NCBI GenBank assembly: GCA_025558095.1
Contig: JAIVFI010000039.1
Coordinates: 310,001-374,000, forward strand
Length of the DNA: 64,000 nucleotides
Direction of reading: 5' to 3'
Source: Hyaloraphidium curvatum SAG 235-1
Taxonomy: Eukaryota > Fungi > Monoblepharomycota
Part shown: in pieces, positions 44,147-57,300 of the stretch
How the letters are laid out: every line of letters starts with the position of its first letter
Position numbering within the stretch: position 1 is the first letter of the stretch
Notes under the pieces: model-generated
Databases searched by the model: none
What the model was told of the DNA's origin: nothing
Seen by the model: the letters and a program-made list of their open reading frames with translations, nothing else
Made by a program: the position numbers and the translations under genes

Positions 44147-44812
44147 ATGGCGGCACCTGGGGCCGACCCATTGCTCTTTATCCACGAATATGTCTCGGAA
44201 CGGCTATCGTGGGGCAACTACCCTGCTTGGGCGCGGCAAGTGCGCTGCTTTCTGGCCGCCGCCGGCTACCCCGCCGACGTACTGGACCGCCCGCCGAATC
44301 CCCACGCCGGCATGGAGATCGAGCGTGACAGGCGGCTGGGCGGCGCGCTGAGCGCCACCGTCGAGCTGGCCAAGGCGCTCTCGGTCGGCGCCGGCACCGA
44401 GGTCCCGGGTGCTTTCGAGCTGTGGCACCGCTGTCGCCGGGCATACGACCGCGACCTCGAGACGAAAATCTCCGCGGGGCTGTTTAATCGCTATAACGCC
44501 TTTGTGTTCGACCGGCCCACCCTCCTGGCCAACGTCGAGGCGTACCTCGCCCTGGTGGCGGACCTGCGGCTGCACCCGGCGTTCCAGCCGCTGGTCGAGG
44601 AACCCTTCCTCACCCGGAACTTTCTCTCGCACGTGCCGCCGTCGCTGCGGCAGGCGGCCGAGCGGTGGGACATCTTCGACGACCGGAACGAGCTCTCGTT
44701 CCCGGACGTGGTGAGCAGGCTGCAGCGCGCCGAGGAGGAGCTGCTGGAACGGGCGAGGGAGAGGACGAGGAGCGGGGAGGAGGGGAGCGTGTGGCCGGGG
44801 GCGGGGAGGTGA
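44147..44812 (+). mobile_element. Solo Ty1/copia-type gag (UBN2-like) ORF, no pol or LTR seen
   Basis: RLSWGNYPAWARQVRCFL, AFELWHRCRRAY, FLSHVPPSL and LSFPDVVSRLQRAE follow the copia gag pattern. Intact 221-aa ORF. Confidence 0.7.
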
Positions 44813-45106
44813 TCGCGCAAGGGATGGGGCTTGTCGATTTCGTGGAGGCTCCCTCGGGCCGCGGAAGCCGGGGATGCTGGCTGTAGTACACCTCTGTCGG
44901 TATAATGCGGGATCGATCGATGAGAAGCGATTGGCGTGGTTGCGGAAGGGCACGCCTGGCAGTGGTGCCAGGCTTCCAGACGGGGCTGCGCGAGACGATG
45001 GAAGTGAGGCGGAGCACGGCCGGCGCGCGTCCCCTACAAAGACCCGCGCACAGCGCGGCCGACCACCCTCGCCGGCCGCCTATCGCGACCTCAGACACCA
45101 CAAAGC

Positions 45107-48100
45107 ATGCGCAATAGCCTGCTCTATCTCCTCGCGGCGCTGGCCGCCTGCGGGACGCTCCCCACGCGCGGGATCCCGGTGCCGCCGGCTACCTCGATCG
45201 CGAACAGGCAGAAGATTTTGTGCGGCAATCTCGCCGGCTACACGGAGCTGTCTTCCGCCACGCTCCCCTCCGCGTGTGCAGTGCTCAGCCGCGGCACGCG
45301 TCCGGACTGCACGCTCCGCCAGGGCGTCCACTTCGCGGTGCAGAGCAACCTCACCTTCGGCCTGCTGCACATCCCGCCGGACACCACCGTCGAATTTGCC
45401 GATTGCGGACCCAACGCTGCCTTCCGCCTCTCGGCGGAGGTGATCGTGGTGGACGGCACCCTCCGCGCGGGGCGCGAGGACGACCCGTACGACTCGAAGC
45501 TGAACATCACCCTCCGCGCCGGGGACGAGATCGTTTACGGCGATGTCAATCCTCCCCTGCCGGCCGGCATGGTCGGCTACAAGGGAAACTTTGGGATCAT
45601 CCCGTCGGTCGAGCACACGGCGAGCAAGTTCATCGGAGTCCGCCCCGGGGGCACCCTCGACTTCCACGGCGTGCCGAAGCTCCCGTGGACCCGCATATCC
45701 AAGACGGCGACCAGGAGGCAGAACTACCTCTGCGTACTCGAGAAGGCGGCGCAGCTGGCGTGGCTTGTGGGCGACGAGCTCGCCCTGGCCCCCTCGAACT
45801 ACCGCGGCTTCGAGCAGACCGAGCGCGCCCGCATCGCAAGGATCGAGGACGGCAGCGCCGACTGCGACGGCAACGCCAAGATCTCGCTGGACCGCGCGCT
45901 GGCGTTCGACCACTACGGCGACGCCCTCGCCGATGGCGAGGACCCCCGAATGCGCGCCGAGGTTTCCAACCTGAACCGCAACCTCCTCATCTGGGGCGCC
46001 CTGGACGACATCACCAAGGACCCGCAGGGGCTGGGCGAGTACGGCGCGCACACGCTGTTCCTGTACGGCTCCACCGTGCGGCTGGACAACGTCGAGGTCG
46101 TGAACGGGGGGCAGGCGGGGCACATGGCCCGCTACCCGGTGCACTGGCACCTCGCGGGCGACGCCGCGGGGAGCTATCTGAAGAACTCGAGCGTGCACGA
46201 TTCGTTCCAGCGCTGCGTGGTGCTGCACGGGTCGTGGGGCGCTCTGGAGGTCAAGGACAACTCGTGCTTCGACATCACGGGGCACGCTGTGTACTGGGAG
46301 AACGGGATCGAGGTCGACACCGAGGTCACAGGCAACCTGGTGATGCTCGTGCGGCCTGGAAACCTGCTCTGCTCGGACAACGGGGCGGGCACGTACACCG
46401 ACGGCAACTTCAATCTGAACCAGAGCACCGGCGGTGCCAACGAGGGGCCCTCGGCCTTTTGGATCGTCAACGGAAACAACATAGTGGACGATAATGTCGC
46501 CGTCGCCGTGGGGAGGGGGCCCAACGAGGGGATCGGGTTCTGGCTCGGTGGGCAACTCGCACGCCGCATGCTTGTGGTGTCGCTCCTGACCGCCCGTGCG
46601 CAGTCGTGCCGCAGTTCATCATGTCCCCCTCGTACGAGTTCTTCGGCAACGCCACCGTGCAGCGGCTCCTCAACGTGCCACCCGAGTACCCCGTGCAGAA
46701 CCCCACCGAGATCCCCATGCGCTCCTTCAAGAACAACGTGGCGCACTCCATGTTCACGGGGTTCAAGGCCGACGGCATCCTCCGCTCCGCGGGGAACGAC
46801 CCAGGGTCGTGCGTCAAGGAATCCGCGGGCGTGTGGAACCCAAAGAACCAGAGCAACTTTGACGGGTACTTTGCCTGGAAAAACCAGGTCGGGCTGTGGA
46901 TCAACTCGGAGAAGGCGGTGTTCAGGGGCACGCGGCTCGCGGACAACGTCAGGGGGGCGTACATCGAGAAGATCCAGGTGGGCCGCCGTCGCTCCCGTTT
47001 GCAGCCCATCGAGGCAGTCCCTGACCCCCTAGCCACCGAAATCAGGTCAACCAGCAAGTCCCCCTCCTCCGCGCCGATCTCCCCACCTGCTACCCCATCT
47101 CGGGCCTCGCCGCCATGGAGAACTGCTACCCCGCCTACGCCGCCCCGCCCGAGGAGCCCGGGAGCTTCATCCGGTTCGAGGACACGTGGTTCCGCGGACG
47201 TACGGCCAACCAGGCCCGATTCTACGAGAGCCCGTGCGCCTCGTACGCCACGAACCCCGAGAACATGGACTGCCTGCTTTTCGGGCAGGTCGGCATCATG
47301 ATGAGCATGGGCTATGCGTACTTCAACGGGGTGAAGGCATCGGGGTACGTGACCGGAAACGGGGCGAGCTACGGGCTGTTTGGGCACAAGGAGGATCCCG
47401 GGTACAACGTGGGGCCTTTCTACGTCAGCAACGTCACGTACCTGGACGGATCCAACCCGGTGTTCATGGACGACATGAACCAGTCGGGGTGGGTGCTTCG
47501 TCGTGTGAATGCCGTGGTCCTCGCTAACCTGATGCGCAGGATGTTCGTTCGTATGAAGGCCGGCGCGCTCAACAGCATGCTCTACTCTTCCGACGGCACG
47601 TTGGCCAACCCCAAAGTCGCCTCGCCCGAGCTCAAGGCCATCCTCGCCCAGGGCAACGGCATCACCATTGCCCCGCGCTCACCGGCCATGGTCGACGCGC
47701 GCTGGGAGAAGCGGTGCTACTGCCCGCCCGAGTACGGCTTCGCGTGCGCGTGCCCGGGCGACATGCGCGGCATCTTTGTCGAGGTCATCGCGCCCTTTGC
47801 CGGCTCGTTCCCGGCGCACTCGACGGTCGACGTACCGAACGTTGTGGAGCAGTTCTGCCAGACCGGCGCGCGGTTCATGCAGAATTCGAGCTGGGGCGCG
47901 CAGCACCGGTGCCTGCAGGACACGACCACGCTGGCGTCGGGCGCGGACTTGGACGACACGTACCTCGTGCAGTGGGCGGGGGCCTCGGTGCTCGGGATGG
48001 CATCGGTTAACGGCACGCTGGCGGTCCATCCGCCGCGGCTGCTGCTGGGCCTGCCGTCCGGCAACCGCAGCCTGTCATTCGCCATCAAGCAGCTCGGGCA

Positions 48101-48602
48101 GCATCCGGACATGGTGCAGCCCGGGGACTTCTGGGTCGGCGGGATGGTGTTCCCGCCCGATGCCAAGGTCAACGGGGTCTACTTCGACTTCCTGAGCACC
48201 TTCATCGACACCTCCAACTCCTTCGAGAACACCTTCCCCGCGCAGTTCTGCTCCCAATCCTGCGGATGCTGCCCGCTCCCCGGCAAGACCATCACCGTCA
48301 CCCGCCCGACGTACGCGGCCAACACCCTCCCCGGGGCCCTGTTCTACCCCGCCGCCGCGGACCCGTCGGGGTCGCAGGACGGTACCGTGCGGCTCTTCAA
48401 CGGCGCGGGACTGTTCCCGCGCGAGGCGGACTCGTACGATGCGCTTGTTGCAGGGCCACCAGTTGGCTGGTTTCTCGACAGGAGCGCGGGGAGGACGGTG
48501 CTGTGGGCCAAGTTTGGTTGGACCGCCAAGGCGGTGAACGCGACGGCGGAGCCGGTCTTTGCGTCGGATCCGACGTTTTCGTTCCTAGTGGACTTTGCGT
48601 GA
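45107..48602 (+). CDS. Secreted G8-domain TMEM2/CEMIP-like protein (copy B, 3 introns)
   Basis: Colinear, highly similar paralog of 9609-13171 with the same motifs and a signal peptide. Confidence 0.88.
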
Positions 48603-48757
48603 TCTGTGTCATTTATGGTCTGTATCTTTGTCTATCATGCTGAATGTGATTGTCTTCTTCGAATAGCTGCCATCCAGCGGCCGGGATCGACACAGCCTGG
48701 GAGCCTCGACTCGGCGTGGAGTCACATCGAGTCACACAACTCCGCACAACTCCAAAG

Positions 48758-49747
48758 ATGCCCCACCACTCACCAGACTATGAGCACGAGCTCAACGATG
48801 CGTCCGCCGGCCGCGCGCCCGGCCTGGGCCGGCTTGCCGGGAAGCGCATTCTAGTGGTTGCGGGAGGCCAGCGTACCGTCCCCGGCGAGGAGCCGGCGAC
48901 GAGCCCGCCCGGCAACGGGAGGGCGATTTCCATCATCTGCGGCAGGGAGGGCGCTGCTGTAGCCGTGCACAACAGGACGCAGGAAGGGGCCGAGGCCACG
49001 GCCCAGCTGGTCAGGCAGGAGCAGGCTTGCCCCAAGGCCGTCGCCCTGGCGGGAGACGTCGCCGGTGCGTCCCCTCATCGAGAATCCCCCGCTGGCGATT
49101 CATAATCATCATTGCATTCAGACGAAGAAAACGTCAAGCGGATCGTCAAGGAGGCCGTGGAGCAGCTCGGCGGCCTGCTTGACGGCCTGGTCATCAACGT
49201 CGGGACGGTTAGCCCCACCCCCGGTCTCGACGTCGACATGAAGGCGCTCGACCAAATCATGCGCGTCAACTTCGCCTCCCACGTTGCCTTCCTCAAGCAC
49301 GGCTCATCCCACATCCGCCCCGGCGGCTCCGTCGTCCTCATCTCTGCCAGCACGGCCGCGCTGCCTTCCGGCAACATTCCCTACGACTCCAGCAAGGCCG
49401 CGCTTGAGGGCCTTCTCCGCAACGCCGGCGCACAGCTGGCACCCTCGGGAACGCGGGTCAACATCCTCAGGATCGGCATGGTGGACACGCCTCTGGGCCG
49501 GCTGGGGAACAAGATGATGCCCAAGCGGATGGAGGCATCGATCCCGCTCATGTCGCGACTCGGGACCTCGTGGGAGCCGGCCTACTACGCACTCTTCCTG
49601 CTGTCGGATGAGTCGGCTTACGGTGCGTGATGCTCGGACGCGGGATCGGGCAAGGAGCTGCCATCTGATCGTCGGATTCATTCAGTCACGGGCCAAGTCC
49701 ACACCTGCGATGGCGGCGTGACGACGCTACGCAGCATCTACTCGTAG
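48758..49747 (+). CDS. Short-chain dehydrogenase/reductase (copy B, 2 introns)
   Basis: Paralog of 17145-18131; exon 1 is nearly identical. YDSSKAA and VTGQVHTCDGG. Confidence 0.92.
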
Positions 49748-50041
49748 GATCTTGCTTCGCAGCTTGATCTTCAAGTGTACTCAGACTGCGCAATGAACGA
49801 TAAATGCATGAGCTTTCTCTTGCCGCCAAACAATCTATCACCTGGTGGTCAGCTATGGTAGCTTCGTTGGCTGCGTGGTTCTGGCTACAGGCAGCGGCGC
49901 GGGAAAACCTTGGTGTGCCGGACGAGCGAGTGAATGCCGACGCCGAGGAGATGTTCCGCCACGTCTCCGCTCCGCAACTTCCATAACGCTGGGAGACAGA
50001 AAACGACCTCCACTCGGACACGCACCGTCGCGTCGTACAAC

Positions 50042-51577
50042 ATGGCGAGCCGTGAGGGCCCCGTCCACATCACCGGTGAGACGCTGGCGGCAGCGCGTGT
50101 CTGATTCGCGACCGACCGCCGCCGTGTCAGGCGTCATCTACCCCGCATGGGAGCTGCTCGACCTCGTGGGCCCCCTCTCCGTGCTTCTCAAGATTGCCAG
50201 GGCCGCTGGCCGCCCCGTTTCCGTATGCTTTGTCGCCGGGCAGACAGCCGAGCCCGTGCAGAACACCGCGGGCGTCCCTTTCGTGGCCCACCACACATTC
50301 GACGCCTTTCCCGACGTTCCTTCCGGAGCGGACCACGTCATCATCGTGCCCGGGGGTGTGGGTTCTTTCGCGCACTCACACGATGACGCCATGCTGCGGT
50401 TCCTGCGCCGTTTCGCGGCGAGGGAACAAACGGCGGTGTCGTCCGTCTGTACCGGGTCCTCGGTGCTGGCAAACTCGGGTGTGCTGGACGGAAGGTGGGA
50501 ACGATTGTAGCGACGTGCTTCTCGCGGGTTCCTGACCGTTCAATTGGCAAACAGGAAGGCAACGAGCAACAAGATGGTCTTCGACTTAATGTCGACCTAC
50601 AAGCCTTCGAAGGTGGACTACGTTGCGGACGCGCGATTCGTAAGGGACGGCAACATCTGGACGTCATCCGGGGTCTCGGCCGGTGTCGACATGGGCTTCG
50701 CCATTGGCAAGGAGATCTTTGGTGCCGCCGCGGCGGACAGGGTGGCCGCCGAGATCGGACACTTGCCCCTGCCCGATGGACAGGATCCGTTCGTCGGCAT
50801 TCACAGGGACAAGTGGCGCGGATCCTGGTCGGCGTGGGCTATGGCGACTACGCTTCACTGGGTGTCCGGATTCCTGATTGGTCGCCTCACATCGGCGTTG
50901 CGCACTGCTGCGAACGGGAAAGTTCCGAAGAAGATGCTGGTCTCGCTGCTCATCAGTGAAGGCACGGATTCGCTGTCGCTCGCCGCGATTTCCGAGTGCT
51001 TCGCCTGCGCACCTGAAGACATCGGCCAAGAAGTCGTGGCCTTGGGCTCCTCCAACGAGGTTTCAATCGGAGATACTTTGGCGGTGGATCCGGCCCAGAG
51101 GACGGTCGTCAAAGTGACCGCCGATCGCGCCCTTTCCGAGGACGCCTTCTCGGCATCGAGCTGGGGCAAGCTGACCTTCGTGGCCGTTCCCGAGTTTTCG
51201 GAGGTTCCCGCCAACTTTGCCGGCGTGGTGAGGTCGTTGGCTGGCCAAGATGGGCCGGCGGTGCTGCTTGGCGGGCCCAAGGTTGTGGCTGCCGCGGAAC
51301 GGGCTCTAGGGGGTTTCACAGGCGGCGAGAACGCTCGAGGCAAGGGGTGGCGGCGCGCCGGCAAGTTCATTCTCGTCACGGGAGGCGTGATGGCAGGTGA
51401 GATATCGGCAATCCAAAGGATCTTTCATTCGCCTTACGCGGTTGGCCAGGGATCACGGCAACTCTTGACGAGATCGCGAGGCAGACCTCGGAAAGCGTCG
51501 CCCGCACGGCGGTTACGGCCGGAGAGTTCGCTCCCGACCTAGTCCCGACATCTGTCAACGTGTTTGGAAAATTGTAG
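50042..51577 (+). CDS. DJ-1/PfpI family protein with a second, degenerate DJ-1-like domain
   Basis: ELLDLVGP, IIVPGG.G, SVCTGS, GRKATSNK and RFVRDGNIWTSSGVSAGVDMG. The second half repeats the fold (WRRAGKFILVTGGVMAG). Predicted end FGKL*. Confidence 0.85.
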
Positions 51578-51712
51578 TGAAAGAGAAAGATGAGCTTGGA
51601 TCTCAAGAGGGGAATCACATGAAGAGGCTAAATCCGGAACTTGGTTGACCCGCAAGCGCGTTGCCCTCGCGCGGATCGAGTCACTCGCGAACTCCGCGCG
51701 TCCGACGAGAAG

Positions 51713-54020
51713 ATGCCCTCCGTGGCGACATATCTGTGGACTCTCCTTGCCGCGTACCTCGTCTATGGTCTCTACCGATATGCGCGCGCGCTGAAGCAGC
51801 GCTGGGACCTCTGGGCCGCGTTCGACCGTACTCCAGGAGCCGGACCCCTCGCTCCTATCCCCCGGCACCCCCTCCTCGGCCAAGTGTACTATTGGGTAAG
51901 GCAATTGTGACGCTTCGATTGGCAGCAGACACCGACCGGAGCCACTCCCTGAAGGTTGACAGGCAGGACCGGGAGCACGGGCTCGGCCTTCGGGTGTCAA
52001 AGCTCGAGGGATGGGCCAAGACGTGTCTGGAGGGCGTCGACGACGGGAAAGTTGTCAAAGGCGTGCCGAACAAGTTCATGAGAATGCAGTTCTTGAGCGA
52101 GTGGATTCCCCTGGGACCTGGACAGGTGGGATCGCGTGGTCTTGGTATCCTCGACCCGAGCCGTCAACTTGGGCCGTTCCACCTTAGTACCTATTTCCCC
52201 TGGACGCGGACGTGGTCAAGGACATGCTGAACTCGACCGCGGAGAGCGGTGTTGAAAAGGGCGACGCCTACAACCTGGTTGCCAGGCTCATAAAGGGCGG
52301 CATCCTTCAACTGCCGATGAACGAAAAGTGGAAGCACCAGCGCCGGCTGACCGAAAACGCCTTCCGGCTGGAGAACCTCAAGTCGGTTTCTCATATATTT
52401 ACCGCGTGCCACGGAGCTGACGCCGGTCACAACAGGTTCTCCCACAAGCAGATTGCCAAGGTCGTCAGCAGGGTTCTGGAGCGCTGGCAGGCCCGCCATG
52501 ACGCTTGGCGGGCCAGGATTGCCCGGGGCGAGGCCACCGAGTCGGAGAAGATCCCCGGGGACCCGAAGAAGAGGGCCGCGGACGGGTGGTTGGACATCCG
52601 GCCGGAGATGCTGCGGATTACCATGGACGTCATTTGCCAGTTGGTGTCAAACCACCCTTCACCCGTCGTAGGACTGACGACCGCACCCAGGGTCGGTTTC
52701 GGCAAGGATTTCGAGGCAGGATCGGACCGCGAGGCCTTGATGAAGGACGAGAGAGAAATCTTCCAGGCCGAGTCGCTCAAAAAGGTTCTGGATCCCGCGG
52801 ATCCCGACCAGGAGGTGCGTGCTATCGAAAGGACCCTGATAAGCAGCGCTGTGCTCATTCTTGCTTCGACTAAGCCCGGCGAACCCCTCTATCGGACCTT
52901 CAACAAGATCCTCACGAGCGCGAGCCAGCGGGATCGAAGACTCCCTATCATCGGTTACTTTTCGGTCCGTCTTGATGGCCTCCGTCTTTTCCAATTACTC
53001 ATTTCGTTCCGACAGGACGAGCAAACTGCTGTCCGTAATCGCTACGACCTGCTCGACAAGGTGGTCGGCGACATGGTGGATGCCAGGCTGGCCAAGGTCG
53101 CCCGGGGTGATCGTTCGCGCGACGGGACGCTCTTGGACGCCATTGCCGACGTCGGCGAGGACGGCAATCCGATCATGTCGCGGCATCAGGCCATGATCGA
53201 GCTAAAAACGGTAGGTTGATCCGCGAGCTGAATTGACAGTCTCTCATTCGTTCACCGCAACAGCTCCTCTTTGCCGGCCACGACACGTCGGGCAACGCCT
53301 TAACGTGGGCCGCTTACCACCTGGCTACTAACAAGGACGTCCTTGCCAAGCTCCGCCATGAGGTGGACCATGTCTTGCCGATGAAAACAAGCTACAGGTG
53401 AGTCCGTGCCTCACTTCATCTGTCCAATCAAGGAAGGCTGATGCCCTAACCTTTTCAGCGATCTGGAGCGCGCGCAGTACCTCAACAACTTCATCAAGGA
53501 GATCCTTCGTCTGCACCCTTCGGCGGGCTTCACCCGCCGCGTTTTCGCCGAAAACGGTGTCACGCTGGGCGGCGTTCACCTGCCCAAGGGCTCCGAGATT
53601 ATGTTCATCCCGCCGCTGATCCACAAGCAGGAGCGGTATTTCGAGCGGGCCCTGGAGTTCCTTCCCGAGCGCTGGGATGAGGGTTCCCCGCTCAAGATGG
53701 ACTCGCGGGCCTACTTCCCTTTCAGCCTTGGGCCGAGAAACTGCGTTGGTGGGTAGAGCGCTTACTCTCTTTCACATCTGCAGCCACTGATGACTATTCT
53801 GTGAACCACAGGGATGAAGCTTGCTAATCTGGAGCTTCGGTGCATCTTGGTGGAGACCGTCCGTCGATGGGACTTCGAGTACGACTCGACCCAGGGCGAG
53901 CCAATCACCTACCTCGGCATGACCCTGGACAGCGGTGCAATCCACCTGAGGCTTCGGCCGCGTACGGACAAGGACGCGGGAATGTGGCGCGGGGTTCCGG
54001 TGGAGCTCATGGAGGCTTGA
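51713..54020 (+). CDS. Cytochrome P450 (microsomal, N-terminal TM, multi-intron)
   Basis: WKHQRR, LFAGHDTSG, KEILRL, PERW and heme motif PFSLGPRNCVG. Confidence 0.93.
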
Positions 54021-54357
54021 GCACCGGTCTGGCCGAGTTCGGAGCCGGCGCGGCCGGAGCAATCTCCGCTAATCTATGGAGCGAGCCGCTCAATCGATAT
54101 CGTGCTGCAAACTTGTCCATCACGCGAAATGACGGCAACCGGATTGATCGAGTTTTCCCGCCCGGACCTCATCCTTCGGCTCGACCAAAGCGCCGGACAG
54201 AGTCCCCTGTTGACCACACGGAACCTTTCCGGCACCGGTTTAACCGGGCTCGCTCTTCGACCTCACGTCGGGGAAGTAGTCCGCCCGGGATTCGGCCGGC
54301 CGGCACGCACCGCCGCGAGAGCGGGGACCGTTCCACCGGCTTTTCCTGCTCCCCGAA

Positions 54358-57300
54358 ATGGCACCCGACGGGTCGTCCGGACCCACGGGCGCCATGAACT
54401 CCACAAGCAAGAGCATCAACCTCTTTAGCACCTACCGGCGCGGCGGGTCGAATCCGCAGCCCTCCGCAACCCCGGCCCCGGGCAAGGCCAGTTCGGGCCA
54501 GGCGGACACCCGCAATGAACCCCCGCGGAAGCAGGCCACGGTGTCCCCGGAGGATTCGGCCGGCCTGTTTTCTCGTGCCACCTGGCACTGGCTTACGCCT
54601 CTGCTGATCCTGGGGTACAAGAAACCTCTGGAGAACGAGGACGTTTACCCGCTGCCGAAGGACTTCACCGCCGAGGCCTTGTCGGAGCGCTTCCAGGCCG
54701 CTTGGGAGGAGGAGATGTCGCGTTGGACGCGCGTCGAGGAAACTGATCCGGTGACGGGCAAAACGCGCGTGTCGTGGAAGCCTCGGGACGGGACGAAGCA
54801 CCCGACCTGGTTCGGCATCGTCAAGCACACGGAGCCGTCGGTCCTGCGTGCCTGCGCCAGGGTCTTCTGGATTCCCTTCACCGCCGCAGGCATCATGAGG
54901 GGTATCTCGGACGCCACCCAGGTCACGAACCCCATCCTCCTCAACTTCCTGATCTCGTACATCGTGTCCGTGGGGAGCCCTACCAACACCTACAGCATCG
55001 GCTACGGGCTCGGGTTTCTGTTTGCCATCTTTTCCCTTACCATTCGTGAGGACATTGCCGTGCTGGGATGCCGCTGGGAGACTTTGCTGACCGACCGGCT
55101 TACTTCAGTCAACGCGTTCGCAATGCACAACAACTGGTTCGTCGCGAGCTTCTTGTCGAGACCGAAAATGCTCTGAACGCGATCTCGTACTCAGGTGGCT
55201 CGGCTCCAAGGTCGGCTTCGGCATCAGTCGGTCACTCATCACCGCAGTCTATTCGAAAAGTCTGCGGCTCAGTCAGGGTGCGCGACAGAAGTACTTTTCC
55301 GGAAAGACCGTCAACATGATGTGAGTTTGGATGCCCGCGGGGGTTTGATCTTCGCTGACTTGAGCCTGTTCCAGGTCAACGTGAGGAACTCTCGTCGCGT
55401 TTCACCACGCAGTTCTAACCCGTTTCGCCGGACCAGCGACACCGCTCGCATCGACCTAACTGTGCCTCAGCTGCACGCTCTATGGGCAGCTCCTCTTCTG
55501 TGGGGCTCCTATCGGCCTCGTGCCGGTTGAAGCTGACCTTCGCCTCGCGCTGTAGGATCATTGCCTCCCTCATCGTTCTCGTCATCATGCTTGGCATTTC
55601 GGGCCTCATTGGCTTCCTCGTTTTGGTCATTGTTGTCCCTATCTCGGGCCAGCTGATGAGAATCTCCATGCGCGTTCGAAAGAAGACCAACGTGCTGACG
55701 GACGAGCGGGTGAAGCTGACGCAGGAGTGCATCGGGGGGATCCGAGTGGTCAAATTCATGTCTTGGGGTGAGTTCGTGTCCAGCACACGGCGACGTGCGC
55801 TCATTCGTCCTTGCAGTCGATACCATTCTGGAGAGGATCACGGCGCTGCGGCTCGAGGAGATGGCCAATACCCGCAAACTTCTCATCATTCGTGCCTCGC
55901 TTAGCGCCATGGTGAACGCGCAGCCGGCCTTCGCTTCGGTCGCCATGTTTGGCACGTACACGGCCCTCGGAAACGAGATGACCGTGGCCCGCACCTTCTC
56001 GGCTCTCGCCCTCATGCAGGTCATTCGGTATCCGCTCATGTTCCTGCCGATGGCGCTGAGCCAGGCGGCAGACGCCTTGGTTTCTATTCACCGAATCCAG
56101 GGACTTCTGCTGGCGGAGGAGCTCGGGAGCCGTACGATCAAGGATTCGCCGGAGGACTTGGCCAAGCTTGAGGACGGTTCCGTCGCCAACGACGACAGCA
56201 TCGTCATCGGCAGCCCCGCGAATTTCGTGTGGGACGACGCGCCGGAAGACAACGAGTCCGACGGCAAGAAGGCGAAGGCGGACAAGAAGGAAAGGAGGCG
56301 GTCGGGGGCCACCAGCGGCTCCGAAGCTACAGCCAAGGACCGTGACGAGGAGCAGATGGAGACCATGTTCGAAGGGCCCATGGGCAAGGCCAAGACAGCT
56401 GCTCCGCTGGGGACGACCATGCTCAATGCCCGCGTGAACTCACCGGCGACCCTCGCGGCCGCCAGCAGGGCAGTTACTCAGGTTGATGGTGGTGCGGTAC
56501 GGCTTGCTCCCGTGGCCAAGGGTTTCGCATCGGAGCACAACTTCGGACTACACGACGTCGAGCTCAAGGTCCCGCGGGGATCCCTGGTCGCGATCGTTGG
56601 GTCGGTGGGCAGCGGAAAAAGTTCGCTGATCCAGGCCATCATCGGCGAGATGAGGTGCTCTTCCGGCGCGGGAGCGGTGGCATACGGGAAGGTGTCTTAC
56701 GCACCGCAAACGGCGTGGATCGTCAACGACACGGTGCGCGGGAACATCGTGTTTGGCAATGATTTCGACGAGGAACGATACGAGCGCACTGTGCGAGTGT
56801 GTGCTTTGGAGCGCGATTTCTCGATGCTGCCCGCCGGTGACTCTACGGAGGTCGGCGAGCGAGGCATCAACTTGAGTGGTGGGGCTCTCTCCGGTCGCGC
56901 TCGCTGATCGCGGCTGACCTGACTTCGACAGGTGGCCAGAAAGCCCGTCTATCTCTTGCTAGGGCAACTTACGCCGCGCTGAGCCAAAAGGTGCCGAGCG
57001 AATGCATCGTGGTCATGGACGGTAAGCTTCCCGCCCATCTTGGTCTGTGCGGAGGCTGACGTGAACGTCACCAGACCCGCTATCGGCCGTCGACGCCCAC
57101 GTGGGGAAGCACCTTATGGAGCAGTGTATCACCGGAGCCCTGGCTGGAAGCACGCGCATTCTTGCCACCCACCAAGTCCACGTGGTGGACCGCGCAGATT
57201 GGGTCATCGTGCTTGACCATGGCAAGATCCTGGAGCAGGGCCGTTTCGAGGATCTGATGCGTGCGGACGGAGGCTACCTGGAGCGCCTGCTGAACGAGTT

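Noticed and set aside
43654-45100. Possible LTRs or polypurine tract around the gag-like ORF (tgtaaca near 43698, tgtagtaca near 44882)
   Set aside because: No matching direct-repeat pair or PBS is visible, and the purine run matches the G-rich 3' ends seen in most genes here.
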